Assembly (NCBI GenBank): GCA_963737155.1
Contig: CAVTRN010000002.1
Span: forward strand, 2,720,001-2,784,000
Length of the DNA stretch: 64,000 bases
Direction: 5' to 3'
Origin: Nitrospirota bacterium
GTDB lineage: Bacteria > Nitrospirota > UBA9217
Every line of letters starts with the position of its first letter. Within the stretch, counting starts at the first letter, position 1. Both the position numbers and the translations under genes were made by a program. Shown here piece after piece: positions 19,318-29,799 of the stretch. The notes under the pieces were generated by a model that had not been told where the DNA came from, made no database searches, and saw nothing but the letters and a program-made list of their open reading frames with translations.

Positions 19318-20209
19318 ACCAGCCATCCTTGTTTTCGCGTACCATGATGTCGGCTATGAATGCCTGGACGCTCTGATACAGAATGACGAATATGTGCTCG
19401 CCGTCATAACGCACAAAGACAATCCGGACGAAGAAATCTGGTTCCGTTCCGTCGAGGGTCTGGCAAAAAAGTACGGTATTCCGGTCCATACCCCGGAGTC
19501 GGTGAATACTCCGGATTGGATTGCGCGGATTCGATTCTGGGAACCGGACCTGATTTTCTCCTTCTATTACCGCAACATGATCAAAGAAGAGGTTCTAAGC
19601 ATTCCGCACCTCGGCGCGTTCAACATGCACGGCTCGCTCCTCCCAAAATACCGTGGCCGTGTGCCGATCAATTGGGCTATCCTGAACGGCGAAAAGGAAA
19701 CAGGCGTGACGCTCCATCATATGGTGAAACGCGCAGACGCAGGTGACATCGTAGACCAGGAAACGGTACCTATCGGCCCGGATGAGACGGCGCGGGAAGT
19801 TTTCGCCAAATGCGCCAAGGCTGCGCGTCTTGTTCTCGATCGACAGCTGGAGGCCCTGAAAACGGGGACCGCCCAGCGGCGCAAGCAAGATGAATCGCAA
19901 GCTACCTATTTCGGTGGCCGCAGACCTGAGGACGGGCGCATCGACTGGACACAGAGCGCAGAAAAAATATATAATCTCATCCGCGCCGTGACTCAACCCT
20001 ATCCCGGAGCCTTCACTGACTCTGGCGGGAAACGGTTGTTCATCTGGTGGGCTACACCTCTTCCCGGAGCCGGCGGCACGCCAGGTCAGGTCATTTCAAC
20101 AAATCCGCTCAGAGTGGCCACGGGCATGGGAACACTCGATATCGTTAATTGGGAATGGGAAGATGATGACACGCGCGAATTGAGCACAGATCAAATACTG
20201 GGATCCTGA
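19310..20209 (+). CDS. Stand-alone formyltransferase (ArnA N-terminal domain)
   Basis: VFAYHDVG, FSFYYR, NMHGSLLPKYRGRVPINWA, RAVTQPYPGAF. Confidence 0.9.
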   Translation: MTKPAILVFAYHDVGYECLDALIQNDEYVLAVITHKDNPDEEIWFRSVEGLAKKYGIPVHTPESVNTPDWIARIRFWEPDLIFSFYYRNMIKEEVLSIPHLGAFNMHGSLLPKYRGRVPINWAILNGEKETGVTLHHMVKRADAGDIVDQETVPIGPDETAREVFAKCAKAARLVLDRQLEALKTGTAQRRKQDESQATYFGGRRPEDGRIDWTQSAEKIYNLIRAVTQPYPGAFTDSGGKRLFIWWATPLPGAGGTPGQVISTNPLRVATGMGTLDIVNWEWEDDDTRELSTDQILGS

Positions 20210-20317
20210 CCACCCCGCTGTCCAGCACTCGTTGATTCTTGTTGTAATTGCGTCATCGCCCGTTCCAGAAGCAGGTTTGCACCCAGCCAGGCTTCACAAG
20301 CCCGGTGATTATCTAAA

Positions 20318-20410
20318 ATGTTGCTATTCTACAAACCTTGCCAGATATTAGGTGTAAACGGTTTCATCGGTAGCAGTTTTACGGGGATAACGATGGAGTT
20401 GGATGAGTAG
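20318..20410 (+). pseudogene. Scar of ArnA-type UDP-glucuronate dehydrogenase/decarboxylase
   Basis: 30-codon ORF containing ILGVNGFIGSS, the ArnA dehydrogenase-domain Rossmann motif, at the expected operon position. Confidence 0.65.
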
Positions 20411-20582
20411 CAGAAAAAGAATGTGTAATACACAGACCGAAGTCCTAGGCCGGCATTTCTTCGTGCCCGAAATCGTAATAATGATTTTGTTTTTGCGTTT
20501 ATCTCGTATTTTCTGTTCCCGGCTTGAGCAATTAAGAGGATATCTGCATCATGATTCTCCATTCTGACTCATTATCTATATC

Positions 20583-21482
20583 ATGACCGATCTTGCAATC
20601 AGAATCGACGTTGACACCGACCGGGGCACGCGCATCGGCGTACCAAATCTCCTCGCCCTGTTCGACGAATTCGGCATCAAGGCTACGTTTCTCTTTTCCC
20701 TTGGTCCCGATAATACAGGCCGCGCCATAAAGCGTATTTTCCGTCCTGGGTTCCTGAGCAAAGTAAGCCGCACAAGCGTTATATCTACCTATGGCATTCG
20801 CACGCTCCTGAACGGCGTACTCCTGCCCGGACCGCATGTAGGTCGGAGAAACGAAGGCGTCATGAAGCTTACGCAGGACAAGAGTCATGAGGTCGGCATT
20901 CATTGCTACGATCACATCCGCTGGCAGGACGGCCTTGCAAAAATGACTCGTGATGAAGTGTTCGAAGAGTTCGGCAAGGCACGGCGGGAATTCGAGAGGA
21001 TTTTTGGCGAACGGGCAAAGACGGCAACCGCAGCGGGATGGCAGGCAAATGCTTACAGCCTCGCTGCCTATGACGATGCGGAACTCCTTTACGCAGGCGA
21101 TGCCCGTGGTCGTCATCCTTTCTTCCCCCGTGTACAGGGCGCTGTATATCGGACGATGCAGGTTCCCACTACCCTCCCGACGCTTGATGAACTGCTTGGA
21201 CGGCCGGGATATTCTAAGGACTGTCTTGCCGATCATTATCTGTCCCTGCTGCGGCCTGAAACCTTGAATGTTCTTACCATACACGCGGAAGTCGAGGGCA
21301 TGAGCAACCTCGCCTTCTTCTGGTCCCTTCTCAATCGGTTCAGAACACGCGGTATTCAGATCGTGAGGCTTGATGACCGGGTAAAAGAGCTTCTGAAAAA
21401 CCCTCCTTCGATTCCCGTTTGCGATCTCGTTCCGGGTGCCGTAGACGGACGCAGTGGTACTATTGCCCTCCAAAAACAATAA
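20583..21482 (+). CDS. arnD: ArnD-like deformylase (polysaccharide deacetylase family)
   Basis: IRIDVDT, FSLGPDNTGRA, HCYDHIRWQD, VPTTLPTLDE, TIHAEVEG. Confidence 0.88.
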   Translation: MTDLAIRIDVDTDRGTRIGVPNLLALFDEFGIKATFLFSLGPDNTGRAIKRIFRPGFLSKVSRTSVISTYGIRTLLNGVLLPGPHVGRRNEGVMKLTQDKSHEVGIHCYDHIRWQDGLAKMTRDEVFEEFGKARREFERIFGERAKTATAAGWQANAYSLAAYDDAELLYAGDARGRHPFFPRVQGAVYRTMQVPTTLPTLDELLGRPGYSKDCLADHYLSLLRPETLNVLTIHAEVEGMSNLAFFWSLLNRFRTRGIQIVRLDDRVKELLKNPPSIPVCDLVPGAVDGRSGTIALQKQ

Positions 21483-21603
21483 AACTTCCAACACAAGGCA
21501 CTGCGGCAACGAACGGCAGGGCATATCCATGAAGACAACATGGCACATGCTTGCCTTGGATGTTGTTTTCCCGTCAAAAACAATCTTTATCATCAGATTT
21601 TTT

Positions 21604-21632
21604 TTGACAATCCCACGTTATTCCATTATATT
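21604..21632 (+). promoter_or_regulatory. Sigma70-type promoter of mtnA
   Basis: TTGACA-N17-TATATT. Confidence 0.5.
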
Positions 21633-21680
21633 GAAAGGGAATCTCAATATTCGCCACATTATCCCTAAAGGAGAGTGTCA

Positions 21681-22742
21681 ATGATCCCTACCGTCGAATG
21701 GAAAGACGGCATCGTTCGCATGCTAGACCAAACCAGACTGCCCTTGGAAACGGTTTACAACGACTGTAAAGACTACCAGACCGTTGCACGGGGGATCAAG
21801 GAACTCTGGGTGCGTGGTGCTCCGGCAATCGGGGTATCGGCTGCCATGGGACTCGCCCTCGGCGCCCGACAGGTGACTGCGGCCACCTTTGAGGAATTTT
21901 GGCCGAAATTCGAGGAGATATGTGCTGTCATGGCGTCAACCCGGCCCACGGCGGTGAATCTCTTTTGGGCCATCGAGCGAATCAAACAATTCGCACAAGC
22001 AAACCGGGAGAAAAGTATCGATGAGATCCGCACCCTCCTCGTAGAAGAATCCCAGCGCATACTAGACGAGGACATTGCAACCAACAAAATGATCGGCAGC
22101 TACGGATCGGTTTTCCTTTCCGATGAAGACAACGTTATAACGCACTGCAACGCAGGTTCGGTCGCCACCGCTGGCTACGGCACGGCAGAAGGTGTCATGC
22201 GCGCCGCGGTCGAGGAAGGGAAAAGGATCCATGTCTATGTCGACGAAACGCGCCCCGTGCTCCAAGGCGCACGTCTGACTGCGTGGGAGCTGATGCAGGA
22301 AAACATCCCCTGCACACTAATCACCGACAACATGGCGGGTTATTTCATGTATCATGATATGATCGACGTAGCCATCGTAGGAGCCGACCGCATTGCGAGA
22401 AACGGCGATGTAGCTAATAAAATCGGTACGTACAGTCTCGCGGTCCTTTGCAAGGTACACGGCATCCCCTTTTATGTTGCCGCTCCGCTCTCTTCTATCG
22501 ATTTCAAGATTGAAGCAGGCTCTTCCATTCCCATCGAGGAACGCAACCCCCGCGAGGTGACCCATCTTCTCGATAAAGTCCAGATCGCGCCAAGCGGCGT
22601 GAACGTGGCAAACCCAGCCTTTGATATTACGCCGGCCCGGTACATCACGGCTATCATTACCGAAAAGGGGGCGTTCCATGCGAAGGATATCCACAAACTT
22701 GCCGACAACAAAACCGACCCGGAAAGCTTCAGATTGAAATAA
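21681..22742 (+). CDS. mtnA: S-methyl-5-thioribose-1-phosphate isomerase
   Basis: [45 protein letters not shown]. Confidence 0.95.
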   Translation: MIPTVEWKDGIVRMLDQTRLPLETVYNDCKDYQTVARGIKELWVRGAPAIGVSAAMGLALGARQVTAATFEEFWPKFEEICAVMASTRPTAVNLFWAIERIKQFAQANREKSIDEIRTLLVEESQRILDEDIATNKMIGSYGSVFLSDEDNVITHCNAGSVATAGYGTAEGVMRAAVEEGKRIHVYVDETRPVLQGARLTAWELMQENIPCTLITDNMAGYFMYHDMIDVAIVGADRIARNGDVANKIGTYSLAVLCKVHGIPFYVAAPLSSIDFKIEAGSSIPIEERNPREVTHLLDKVQIAPSGVNVANPAFDITPARYITAIITEKGAFHAKDIHKLADNKTDPESFRLK

Positions 22743-22864
22743 CACCAGCTACACAGCATGAGGAATCGATTGTCTTCTTAACGCATGACTGAGAAGAAGC
22801 CTGAACTTTGGACTTTGATACTCGAAAATCCTGCATGGCAATCTATTCCCCGGCGGAGGGCTTA

Positions 22865-23959
22865 ATGAAGCAAACTGTTCTTTATCTGAAACACGAACTA
22901 ATGAAAGCGAAGATGACTGAATATCAGGGATGGCAGATCCCCCTGCAGTTTGCTGGTATGCAGGACGAGTATCATGCTGTCCGCCATACCGCGGGCCTTT
23001 TCGACATTAGCTATCTGGGGAGAATCGAGGTCACTGGCCCCGGGGCTCCCGCCCTGCTTCAGAACATCATAACCTCAAACCTGTCGAAAATTCCCGAGGG
23101 TTCTGCCCACTATGGCCTTATCTGCAATGATGCTGGACGCATTCTTGACGATATTTTCATCCACCACCTCGCCACCGCAAAGACTCCGGGCGGCCGCTAC
23201 CTTCTATCAACTAATGCGTCCAATACCGAGAAAATACTGAACTGGCTCAAAAAGCACGCTTCAGGAGATGTGCAGATCGATGACCGGTCGCAGGCCACAG
23301 CGCAGCTCTCCCTTCAGGGCCCGAAATCACACCACATCATGGAAAAACTTCCTGGCTTGCACTTTAAAAGATTGAAACTCCGGTCGATCCGGGACATGAC
23401 ATACGCCGATACGTCGGTGCTCGTGCTGCGGAGTGGCTATACCGGGGAGCACGGATATGAGATCGTTGTTACCGCGGACCACGCAGAAGCACTCTGGGAC
23501 GCCCTGCTGACCGCTGGCGCCGATGAGGGCGTACTTCCCTGCGGTTTCGCATGCAGGGACATCCTGCGCCTTGAAATGGGTTACCTTATGTACGGTTATG
23601 ACATTGATGAGACACGTACACCTATCGAAGCCGGGTTGTCCCGATTTGTCGATTTCAAGAAAGAATTCATCGGCAAAGACTCCCTGCAGCGTATCAAAAC
23701 CGAGGGACCGAAACAGAAGCTGGCTGGCTTTGTTCTGCTCGACAAAGCAGTTCCGAAAAACGGGGGCAGCATCTACTCTGAAAACCGAGAAATAGGCACG
23801 GTAACGAGCGGGGGGCAGTCACCCCACTTGCGCAAGGGCATCGGTTTAGGCTATGTTTTCAGCCGTTATGCGCAGCCTGGACAGGAGATAGAAATAGAAG
23901 TCCGCGATCGCGAAATTGCCGCAAAGATAGTGGATATGCCCTTTTATCGGATAAAGTGA
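22865..23959 (+). CDS. gcvT: Glycine cleavage T-protein (aminomethyltransferase) family
   Basis: EYHAVRHTAGLFD, LQGPKS, GYTGEHGYE, RDILRLEMG, VTSGGQSP. Confidence 0.85.
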   Translation: MKQTVLYLKHELMKAKMTEYQGWQIPLQFAGMQDEYHAVRHTAGLFDISYLGRIEVTGPGAPALLQNIITSNLSKIPEGSAHYGLICNDAGRILDDIFIHHLATAKTPGGRYLLSTNASNTEKILNWLKKHASGDVQIDDRSQATAQLSLQGPKSHHIMEKLPGLHFKRLKLRSIRDMTYADTSVLVLRSGYTGEHGYEIVVTADHAEALWDALLTAGADEGVLPCGFACRDILRLEMGYLMYGYDIDETRTPIEAGLSRFVDFKKEFIGKDSLQRIKTEGPKQKLAGFVLLDKAVPKNGGSIYSENREIGTVTSGGQSPHLRKGIGLGYVFSRYAQPGQEIEIEVRDREIAAKIVDMPFYRIK

Positions 23960-24173
23960 TCGTCCTGCCAAGACGCCTCTCCAACTATCTCTACGATAAG
24001 GGTCTCGTAAAAAAATTTGCATCATGGATCTGTCCGACATTTCATGCCCAAAAAGGCAGCATTGCATTAGAAACGTGTTGGAACGGTTTTTATAATTTTG
24101 TGTAGTGATAAAAAAAGGCGTTGCCGATTTAAGCCCGGCAGCACCTTCGTCAATCCTCAGTCAATGTAACGGC

Positions 24174-24707
24174 TTAATCTCCTTCAAACTCTGTCAATGC
24201 GAAAACATTATATCCCTTTTTTAGCAGTTTTTCCTTTCCACCTACCTCTGGCAAATCGACGATAAAGGCCATCTCCACCACAATTGCACCGAGTTTTTCG
24301 ATGAGGGCTGCGGCTGCTAGCGCCGTGCCGCCGGTTGCAAGGAGGTCATCGATGAGAAGCACACGTTCGTTTTTCGTCAGCGCATCCTTGTGGATCTCGA
24401 TGCGATCCGAACCGTACTCAAGCGAGTACTCCTGGGACACGACCTCGGCAGGAAGTTTGCCCTTCTTGCGAATCGGGACAAATCCCCTTCCGAGCGTATA
24501 TGCCAGCGCCGAGCCAATAATGAAACCCCGCGACTCAATGCCGACAATCATGTCGAAATCGAAATCCGCATGAATATACCGTTGAGTCAGCGTATCAATA
24601 ACGAGCCGGAACCCAACAGGGTCCTTGAGAAGCGTGGTGATATCGCGGAACATAATTCCCTTTTTGGGATAATCGGGTATGGTTCTGATCCTGGATTTAA
24701 TCGTCAT
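24174..24707 (-). CDS. apt: Adenine phosphoribosyltransferase
   Basis: IPDYPKKGIMFRDITTLL, RKKGKLP, IDDLLATGGT. Confidence 0.97.
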   Translation of the reverse strand: MTIKSRIRTIPDYPKKGIMFRDITTLLKDPVGFRLVIDTLTQRYIHADFDFDMIVGIESRGFIIGSALAYTLGRGFVPIRKKGKLPAEVVSQEYSLEYGSDRIEIHKDALTKNERVLLIDDLLATGGTALAAAALIEKLGAIVVEMAFIVDLPEVGGKEKLLKKGYNVFALTEFEGD

Positions 24708-24812
24708 CCTTCTCCCCTTCAGTAATTTTCCCGCAACGCGGCAAGAAGCCACACGGTGATTTTTTCACCCTGAACACGACGCTCTCCATCCTTGTTCCCT
24801 GTTTTCTGGGCA

Positions 24813-25394
24813 TTAGCAATTCCCGTCTTCAACCTCTCCGATTTCTTTGTTCCGTTCCACGCCGATCCGATACAGGTCTTCTCCATGAACGTCATTCACG
24901 ACGATCGCAGGGAAATTTTCCACTTCGAGCCGCATCACGGCTTCGGTCCCAAGCTCAGGATAGGCTACAACCTCGGCTTTTTTGATGGTCTTGGATATAA
25001 GCGCTCCCGCTCCGCCGATAGCCGCGAGATAGACGGCTTTATATTTTCTGATCGCGTCCTTTACTTCCTGTCCGCGAGGCCCTTTGCCGATCATTCCCTT
25101 CAGCCCGAGTTCAAGCAGTGCAGGAGTATACTTGTCCATGCGGTAACTCGTGGTTGGCCCTGCGGATCCGATGACCCTTCCCGGCGGTGCGGGTGTCGGC
25201 CCGGTGTAATAAAGGATTTGGCCCTTGAGATCGAAAGGTAGCTTTCCCCCCTTTTCGCAATCTTCAATCATGTACTTGTGCGCCATATCCCTGCCAGTGT
25301 AGATGACACCGGTAATGACCACAGGATCTCCTGCCCTAAGCTTTACGATTATGTCGTCCGTCAGGGGAGGACGCAGTAAAATGTGATCAGACAT
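24813..25394 (-). CDS. Fe-S fumarate hydratase beta subunit
   Basis: GRDMAHK, GPTTSYRMD, MIGKG; paired with the alpha subunit and mdh. Confidence 0.92.
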   Translation of the reverse strand: MSDHILLRPPLTDDIIVKLRAGDPVVITGVIYTGRDMAHKYMIEDCEKGGKLPFDLKGQILYYTGPTPAPPGRVIGSAGPTTSYRMDKYTPALLELGLKGMIGKGPRGQEVKDAIRKYKAVYLAAIGGAGALISKTIKKAEVVAYPELGTEAVMRLEVENFPAIVVNDVHGEDLYRIGVERNKEIGEVEDGNC

Positions 25395-25491
25395 GATACA
25401 CCTCTCCGGGCATGGCCCCTCGAGCATGACGAACAGGCTTCAATGACAACCTTCATGATGCAGCTCGTGTTTTGCGCTCTCTACTCTCAAA

Positions 25492-26331
25492 TCATAGAAT
25501 AATCGTTTTGTGCCGTGCAGCATGACAATTAATATTCACCGCCACGGGAAAGCTCGCGATGTGGCAGGGGAAGCTTTCAACATTCACCGCCATAGCCGTT
25601 ACCTTACCTCCCAGCCCCTCAGGCCCGATACCGGTCTTGTTTACGGTCTTCAGCAGCGTTTCCTCGAGTGAAGCCAACTCCAGTTTGGCGTTCGGACTGC
25701 CCACGGGTCTGAGAAGAGCCTTCTTTGCAAGGAGCGCCGCCTTCTCGAAGTCACCGCCAATACCCACACCGATAACGACCGGAGGGCAGGGGTTCGCACC
25801 CGCTTTCTGCACGCACTCAAGCACAAAACTCCTGATGCCCTCAATGCCCTCAGTGGGACGCAGCATCCGGATCGCACTCATGTTTTCGCTACCCCCTCCC
25901 TTGGGCATGAATGAAATCCTGAGCTTGTCGCCAGGCACTAGTTCGGTGTAAATGATGGCCGGCGTGTTGTCACCCGTGTTCTTTCGGGAAATAGGGTCTA
26001 CTACGGATTTACGGAGAAAGCCCTCCTTGTATCCCTTGCGAACGCCTTCATTAATGGCGTCCATGAGAAAACCGTTTTTTATCCGCAGGTCCTGGCCGAT
26101 CTCTACGAAGAAAATTGCGATCCCTGTGTCTTGGCACACGGGAATACGTTCCTCCCGGGCGATGCGGGCGTTCTCCTTCAGGAGCCCGATGATTTCCTTT
26201 GCCGCGGGCGCCGTCTCGGTCTCCAGCGCCCAGTCAAAAGCTGTCATCACATCGTCGCTCACGTTATATGCCGCGTCGATGCAGATTTGAGCCACATTGT
26301 CCCTTATTTCATCTACGTGAATTTCGCGCAT
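25492..26331 (-). CDS. Fe-S fumarate hydratase alpha subunit
   Basis: PVCQDTG, KGGGSEN, NPCPP, CHIAS, NCHAARH. Confidence 0.93.
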   Translation of the reverse strand: MREIHVDEIRDNVAQICIDAAYNVSDDVMTAFDWALETETAPAAKEIIGLLKENARIAREERIPVCQDTGIAIFFVEIGQDLRIKNGFLMDAINEGVRKGYKEGFLRKSVVDPISRKNTGDNTPAIIYTELVPGDKLRISFMPKGGGSENMSAIRMLRPTEGIEGIRSFVLECVQKAGANPCPPVVIGVGIGGDFEKAALLAKKALLRPVGSPNAKLELASLEETLLKTVNKTGIGPEGLGGKVTAMAVNVESFPCHIASFPVAVNINCHAARHKTIIL

Positions 26332-27236
26332 GCCGATCTCACAGCCTCTACTGATTTCATAAACGCCATGTTCTCTTCGGCGTTCAGCTTGATCTCGATA
26401 ACTTGTTCAACCCCGCCCGCTCCAAGCTTCACCGGCACACCGACGAAGACCTCCTTGACGCCATATTCGCCGGCAAGACAGGTGGAACAGGAAAGAATCT
26501 TTTTCTTGTCCAACAAAACGGCTTCGACCATCTCCAGCGTTGCCGCCGAGGGAGCATAATAGGCGCTCCCTGTCTTGAGCTGCGCAACAATTTCTGCGCC
26601 TCCATTCCGGGTGCGCTCGACCAACTTGTCTATAGTCTCTTTTTTCATCAATTCCGTGATTGGGATCCCCGCCACCGTAGAGTACCGCGGCAGCGGCACC
26701 ATGGTGTCGCCATGCCCACCGAGCACAAAGGCATGAGTGTTCTCAACCGAAACCTGCAGCTCCAAGGCGATAAAGGTGCGGAAACGCGCCGAGTCCAGTA
26801 CACCACCCATGCCTATCACCCGCTCGCGCGGGAAACCGCTGGCCTTCATGGCGACATAGGCCATGATGTCCATGGGGTTCGTGACTACAATCATAACCGC
26901 CCGGGGTGAACGCTTCCCGGTTTCCTCAGCAACTTTCTTTACGATAGTGCCATTCGCTGCAAGAAGGTCATCGCGGCTCATACCCGGTTTGCGTGCCAGG
27001 CCGGCTGTAATCACTATAATATCGGAACCCGCGGTTTCATCATAGCTGTTCACGCCGATGACTTTGGTATCATAACCCATCACCGGTCCGGCTTCAAGCA
27101 GGTCAAGCCCCTTTCCTTGCGGAACGCCCTCGACCACATCCACCATCACAACATCCGCCAGCCGGGTTTCTGCAATCCTCTGCACCAGCGTTGCTCCGAC
27201 ATTGCCTGCGCCAACGACTGTTACTTTCTTCCTCAC
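26313..27236 (-). CDS. mdh: Malate dehydrogenase
   Basis: [31 protein letters not shown]. Confidence 0.96.
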   Translation of the reverse strand: MRKKVTVVGAGNVGATLVQRIAETRLADVVMVDVVEGVPQGKGLDLLEAGPVMGYDTKVIGVNSYDETAGSDIIVITAGLARKPGMSRDDLLAANGTIVKKVAEETGKRSPRAVMIVVTNPMDIMAYVAMKASGFPRERVIGMGGVLDSARFRTFIALELQVSVENTHAFVLGGHGDTMVPLPRYSTVAGIPITELMKKETIDKLVERTRNGGAEIVAQLKTGSAYYAPSAATLEMVEAVLLDKKKILSCSTCLAGEYGVKEVFVGVPVKLGAGGVEQVIEIKLNAEENMAFMKSVEAVRSACAKFT

Positions 27237-27283
27237 TCCGCGACCTCCCTTTTTTACTGCGATTTAAATTAATTTGTGTAATG

Positions 27284-28585
27284 TTATAATTTTGTGACCT
27301 TTACTTTCGTGATTTTTCTTCCCTCAAGCTCAAGCACTTCGAGTTTGAGGTTCCGATACTTTAGCTGCTCGCCTACCTTGGGCATTCTGCCAAAAAGCCC
27401 AAATACGAAGCCACCGAGGGTGTTGAAGTCCAGGGACAGAAGATTTGTGCCGATCAATTCGTTTACTTCATCAAGGGCGGACTGACCTGAAACGACAAAG
27501 TTCTTCTCATCAACCACCTCCACATCCTTCTCCTCGGCTTCCAATTCGTCGTGAATGCTGCCCACGATCTCCTCGATCAAATCCTCGAGGGTTACGAGGC
27601 CGGATGTTCCGCCGTACTCGTCGATAACGATGGCAAGCTGGAATCGATCGCGCTGCATTTCCGACAACAATTCGCTCACCCGCTTGTTCTCGGGGATGAA
27701 GTATGCCTGCCTGATAAATTGTTGAATCCCCCCTTGGCGCTTCACCTCGCCCCCAGACATGGCGACAAGAATATCCTTGATATAGAGAATGCCGATGACC
27801 GTATCAACCGTATCCTCGATGACAGGGTAGCGTGAATAACCGAACTCGGCTACGAGGGCGAATACCTCCTGAAGTGTAATATTCGACGGGACACTCACGA
27901 TCTCAGTCCTGGGCCTCATGGCCTGTGAAGCAAGCGTGTCTCCGAACTCGAAGACCTTGTGCAGCAGTTCCTTCTCTTCCTCCTTGAGAGAACCCCGTTC
28001 CTCGCCAAGGTTGATCATTGCCTTGATATCATCTTCGGTGACTACCGCCGCACAGGACAAGCCCTGCGCCCCCGGTCCGACAATGAAGTCCGCTGCCCGT
28101 GAAAACATGCTATTCAGGGGGGAGAAAAACCTGCTTATGACTTGAAGTGTCGGAGCGACAGCAAGGGAAACGGCAATGGGGTTTCTGCAGGCGACCCCTT
28201 TGGGTACCAGTTTGGCGAAAAAAACAACGAGCACGCTCATCACCACCGCCGCAACAAACACGGCCAGCGCAGTCGGGGCGAAAACACGGAGAGCCATGAT
28301 CGTTCCGAGGACAACTGAGAGAATGATAAGAAAATTTTCAACCAGCATCAGCGACACGTGGAGACGATCTCGGTCCAGCAAAAGTTTGAGTACGGTCTGC
28401 GCCCGTACATTCCCGGTCTCGGACAACTGGCGAAGGTGCGCTTTGTTCGAGAAGACAATGGCCGTCTCAGCACCGGCGCAAAAAGCCGCCAAAAAGGTGC
28501 TCAGGCCGATCGATGTCAACAGCACGATATTGCCGGTTATAATAGTAATAAACGTATCCATAGCAACTGAACAGGCTGTCAACAT
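27284..28585 (-). CDS. Hemolysin/CNNM family protein (DUF21 TM, CBS pair, CorC domain)
   Basis: AFCAGAETAI, MRPRTEI, YSRYPV, DEYGGTSGLVTLEDLIEEIVG; start 28585 or 28561. Confidence 0.92.
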   Translation of the reverse strand: MLTACSVAMDTFITIITGNIVLLTSIGLSTFLAAFCAGAETAIVFSNKAHLRQLSETGNVRAQTVLKLLLDRDRLHVSLMLVENFLIILSVVLGTIMALRVFAPTALAVFVAAVVMSVLVVFFAKLVPKGVACRNPIAVSLAVAPTLQVISRFFSPLNSMFSRAADFIVGPGAQGLSCAAVVTEDDIKAMINLGEERGSLKEEEKELLHKVFEFGDTLASQAMRPRTEIVSVPSNITLQEVFALVAEFGYSRYPVIEDTVDTVIGILYIKDILVAMSGGEVKRQGGIQQFIRQAYFIPENKRVSELLSEMQRDRFQLAIVIDEYGGTSGLVTLEDLIEEIVGSIHDELEAEEKDVEVVDEKNFVVSGQSALDEVNELIGTNLLSLDFNTLGGFVFGLFGRMPKVGEQLKYRNLKLEVLELEGRKITKVKVTKL

Positions 28586-29012
28586 AACCCTTGTCCCATG
28601 ACGCCTATCTTCCTACGTTTCCCCCCGTCACCGTTCCTAAAACCATAGTCTTTTATTTCTAATTTCTATGACGGCAGCCGACAGTACAGCTACCGGTTAA
28701 TGAGCAACCGCCCCCTGAACGGCGTTCTGTTCTTTAATGATTGTTGTACCAGTTGGCATCTGCTCAGTTTCAACTGGCAGCTTTCCACTGCTTCCATACC
28801 GCTTAATGGGTTATCCCCTTGTTTTGCCTATACGCTTAATTTCATGTAAATAGTAAATCACCGAAAACTATATTATACAAGTAAAATAATGAACAGTTCT
28901 TAACACTTTTCCTCATCAGGGTTTACAGAACCAGGCGGCCCAAGCCGATGAGATTGTTTCATTATACACGCAAACACGCTGCTGCGCTGCACTTTCTCTA
29001 ATGGGAGTATTT

Positions 29013-29043
29013 AAACATAAAGGCCCCCGCAGATGGGGGGCCC
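29013..29043 (-). terminator. Probable rho-independent terminator
   Basis: GC-rich hairpin GGCCCCC/GGGGGCC followed on the minus strand by TTTATGTTT. Confidence 0.45.
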
Positions 29044-29348
29044 AGTATCATTCAATCGTTAGTGCGCAGAAATTCTATTTTTTGCGGGTTTTGCCGAGAC
29101 CGACTCCGGAGTCGGTGTTGATGCGGGTGTTTCCGATGCCGGTGCAGGAGGCGGTGTCACAGCAGACTAGGGGTATTTTTTTCTCTTCCCATCCGATAAT
29201 AACGACGGAACCCTGCTAATGAAGTCAAGGAGAAGTACGATTATCTGATTCAAGTACTTTCACTTCCTGTCGGCTCAAAGACAAATAAAAAGTAGGGTCG
29301 GTATGCCGGGGACAGCCCTTCCGGATACATAGAATGTGTCTTTTGCCC

Positions 29349-29576
29349 CTAAAGAATTCTCGTCGCGACCGATCGTGTGACAGTCAGTTCCTTCACCTTC
29401 TGCCCGAGTTGTTCTTCCAATATCTGCTGCTGCTCCTCGTTGAGGCGCAACCGAAAGACTCTCAGTTTGTTCAATGATCGCTTCGTTAGATAAATCTCAT
29501 GGAGCTCGAAACCAATCTGCTTTTTAATTTCAGCAATCTGTTGAAGGTTCAATTGTAGCTTTACGATATCTTCCAC
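29349..29576 (-). CDS. 75-aa hypothetical protein made of two internal repeats
   Basis: GGAGG RBS before GTG; KLQLNLQQIAEIKKQIGFELHEIYLTK aligns with RLRLNEEQQQILEEQLGQKVKELTVTR. Confidence 0.7.
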   Translation of the reverse strand: MEDIVKLQLNLQQIAEIKKQIGFELHEIYLTKRSLNKLRVFRLRLNEEQQQILEEQLGQKVKELTVTRSVATRIL

Positions 29577-29799
29577 CGAGTTCCTCCATAGAGATGGATT
29601 ATAAAAGCTTTAGTGACGAAATTCAAGCTATTTTTGGCCGGTAAGCTCTGATTATCATGACCGGGGTTTAACCACTTTTATCTGTCCGGCCTGGATAAAT
29701 TTAGATTTACTGCCACCTCGAAACAATGTAGGTGCAACTATCTGGTCACATGCAAATGTCTTCACAATTCAGTTTGAACTCCGAATTTTCTTTTCTTGG

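Noticed and set aside
20532-21593. 353-aa ORF on the minus strand
   Set aside because: Antisense to the arnD-like gene; no family features.
26313-26331. 19-nt overlap of mdh and the fumarase alpha gene
   Set aside because: Ordinary translational coupling.
28600-28860. Possible metal or c-di-GMP riboswitch upstream of the CNNM/CorC gene
   Set aside because: Only isolated hairpins and a GGCAAAAC; conserved cores of yybP-ykoY, M-box or GEMM were not found by eye.
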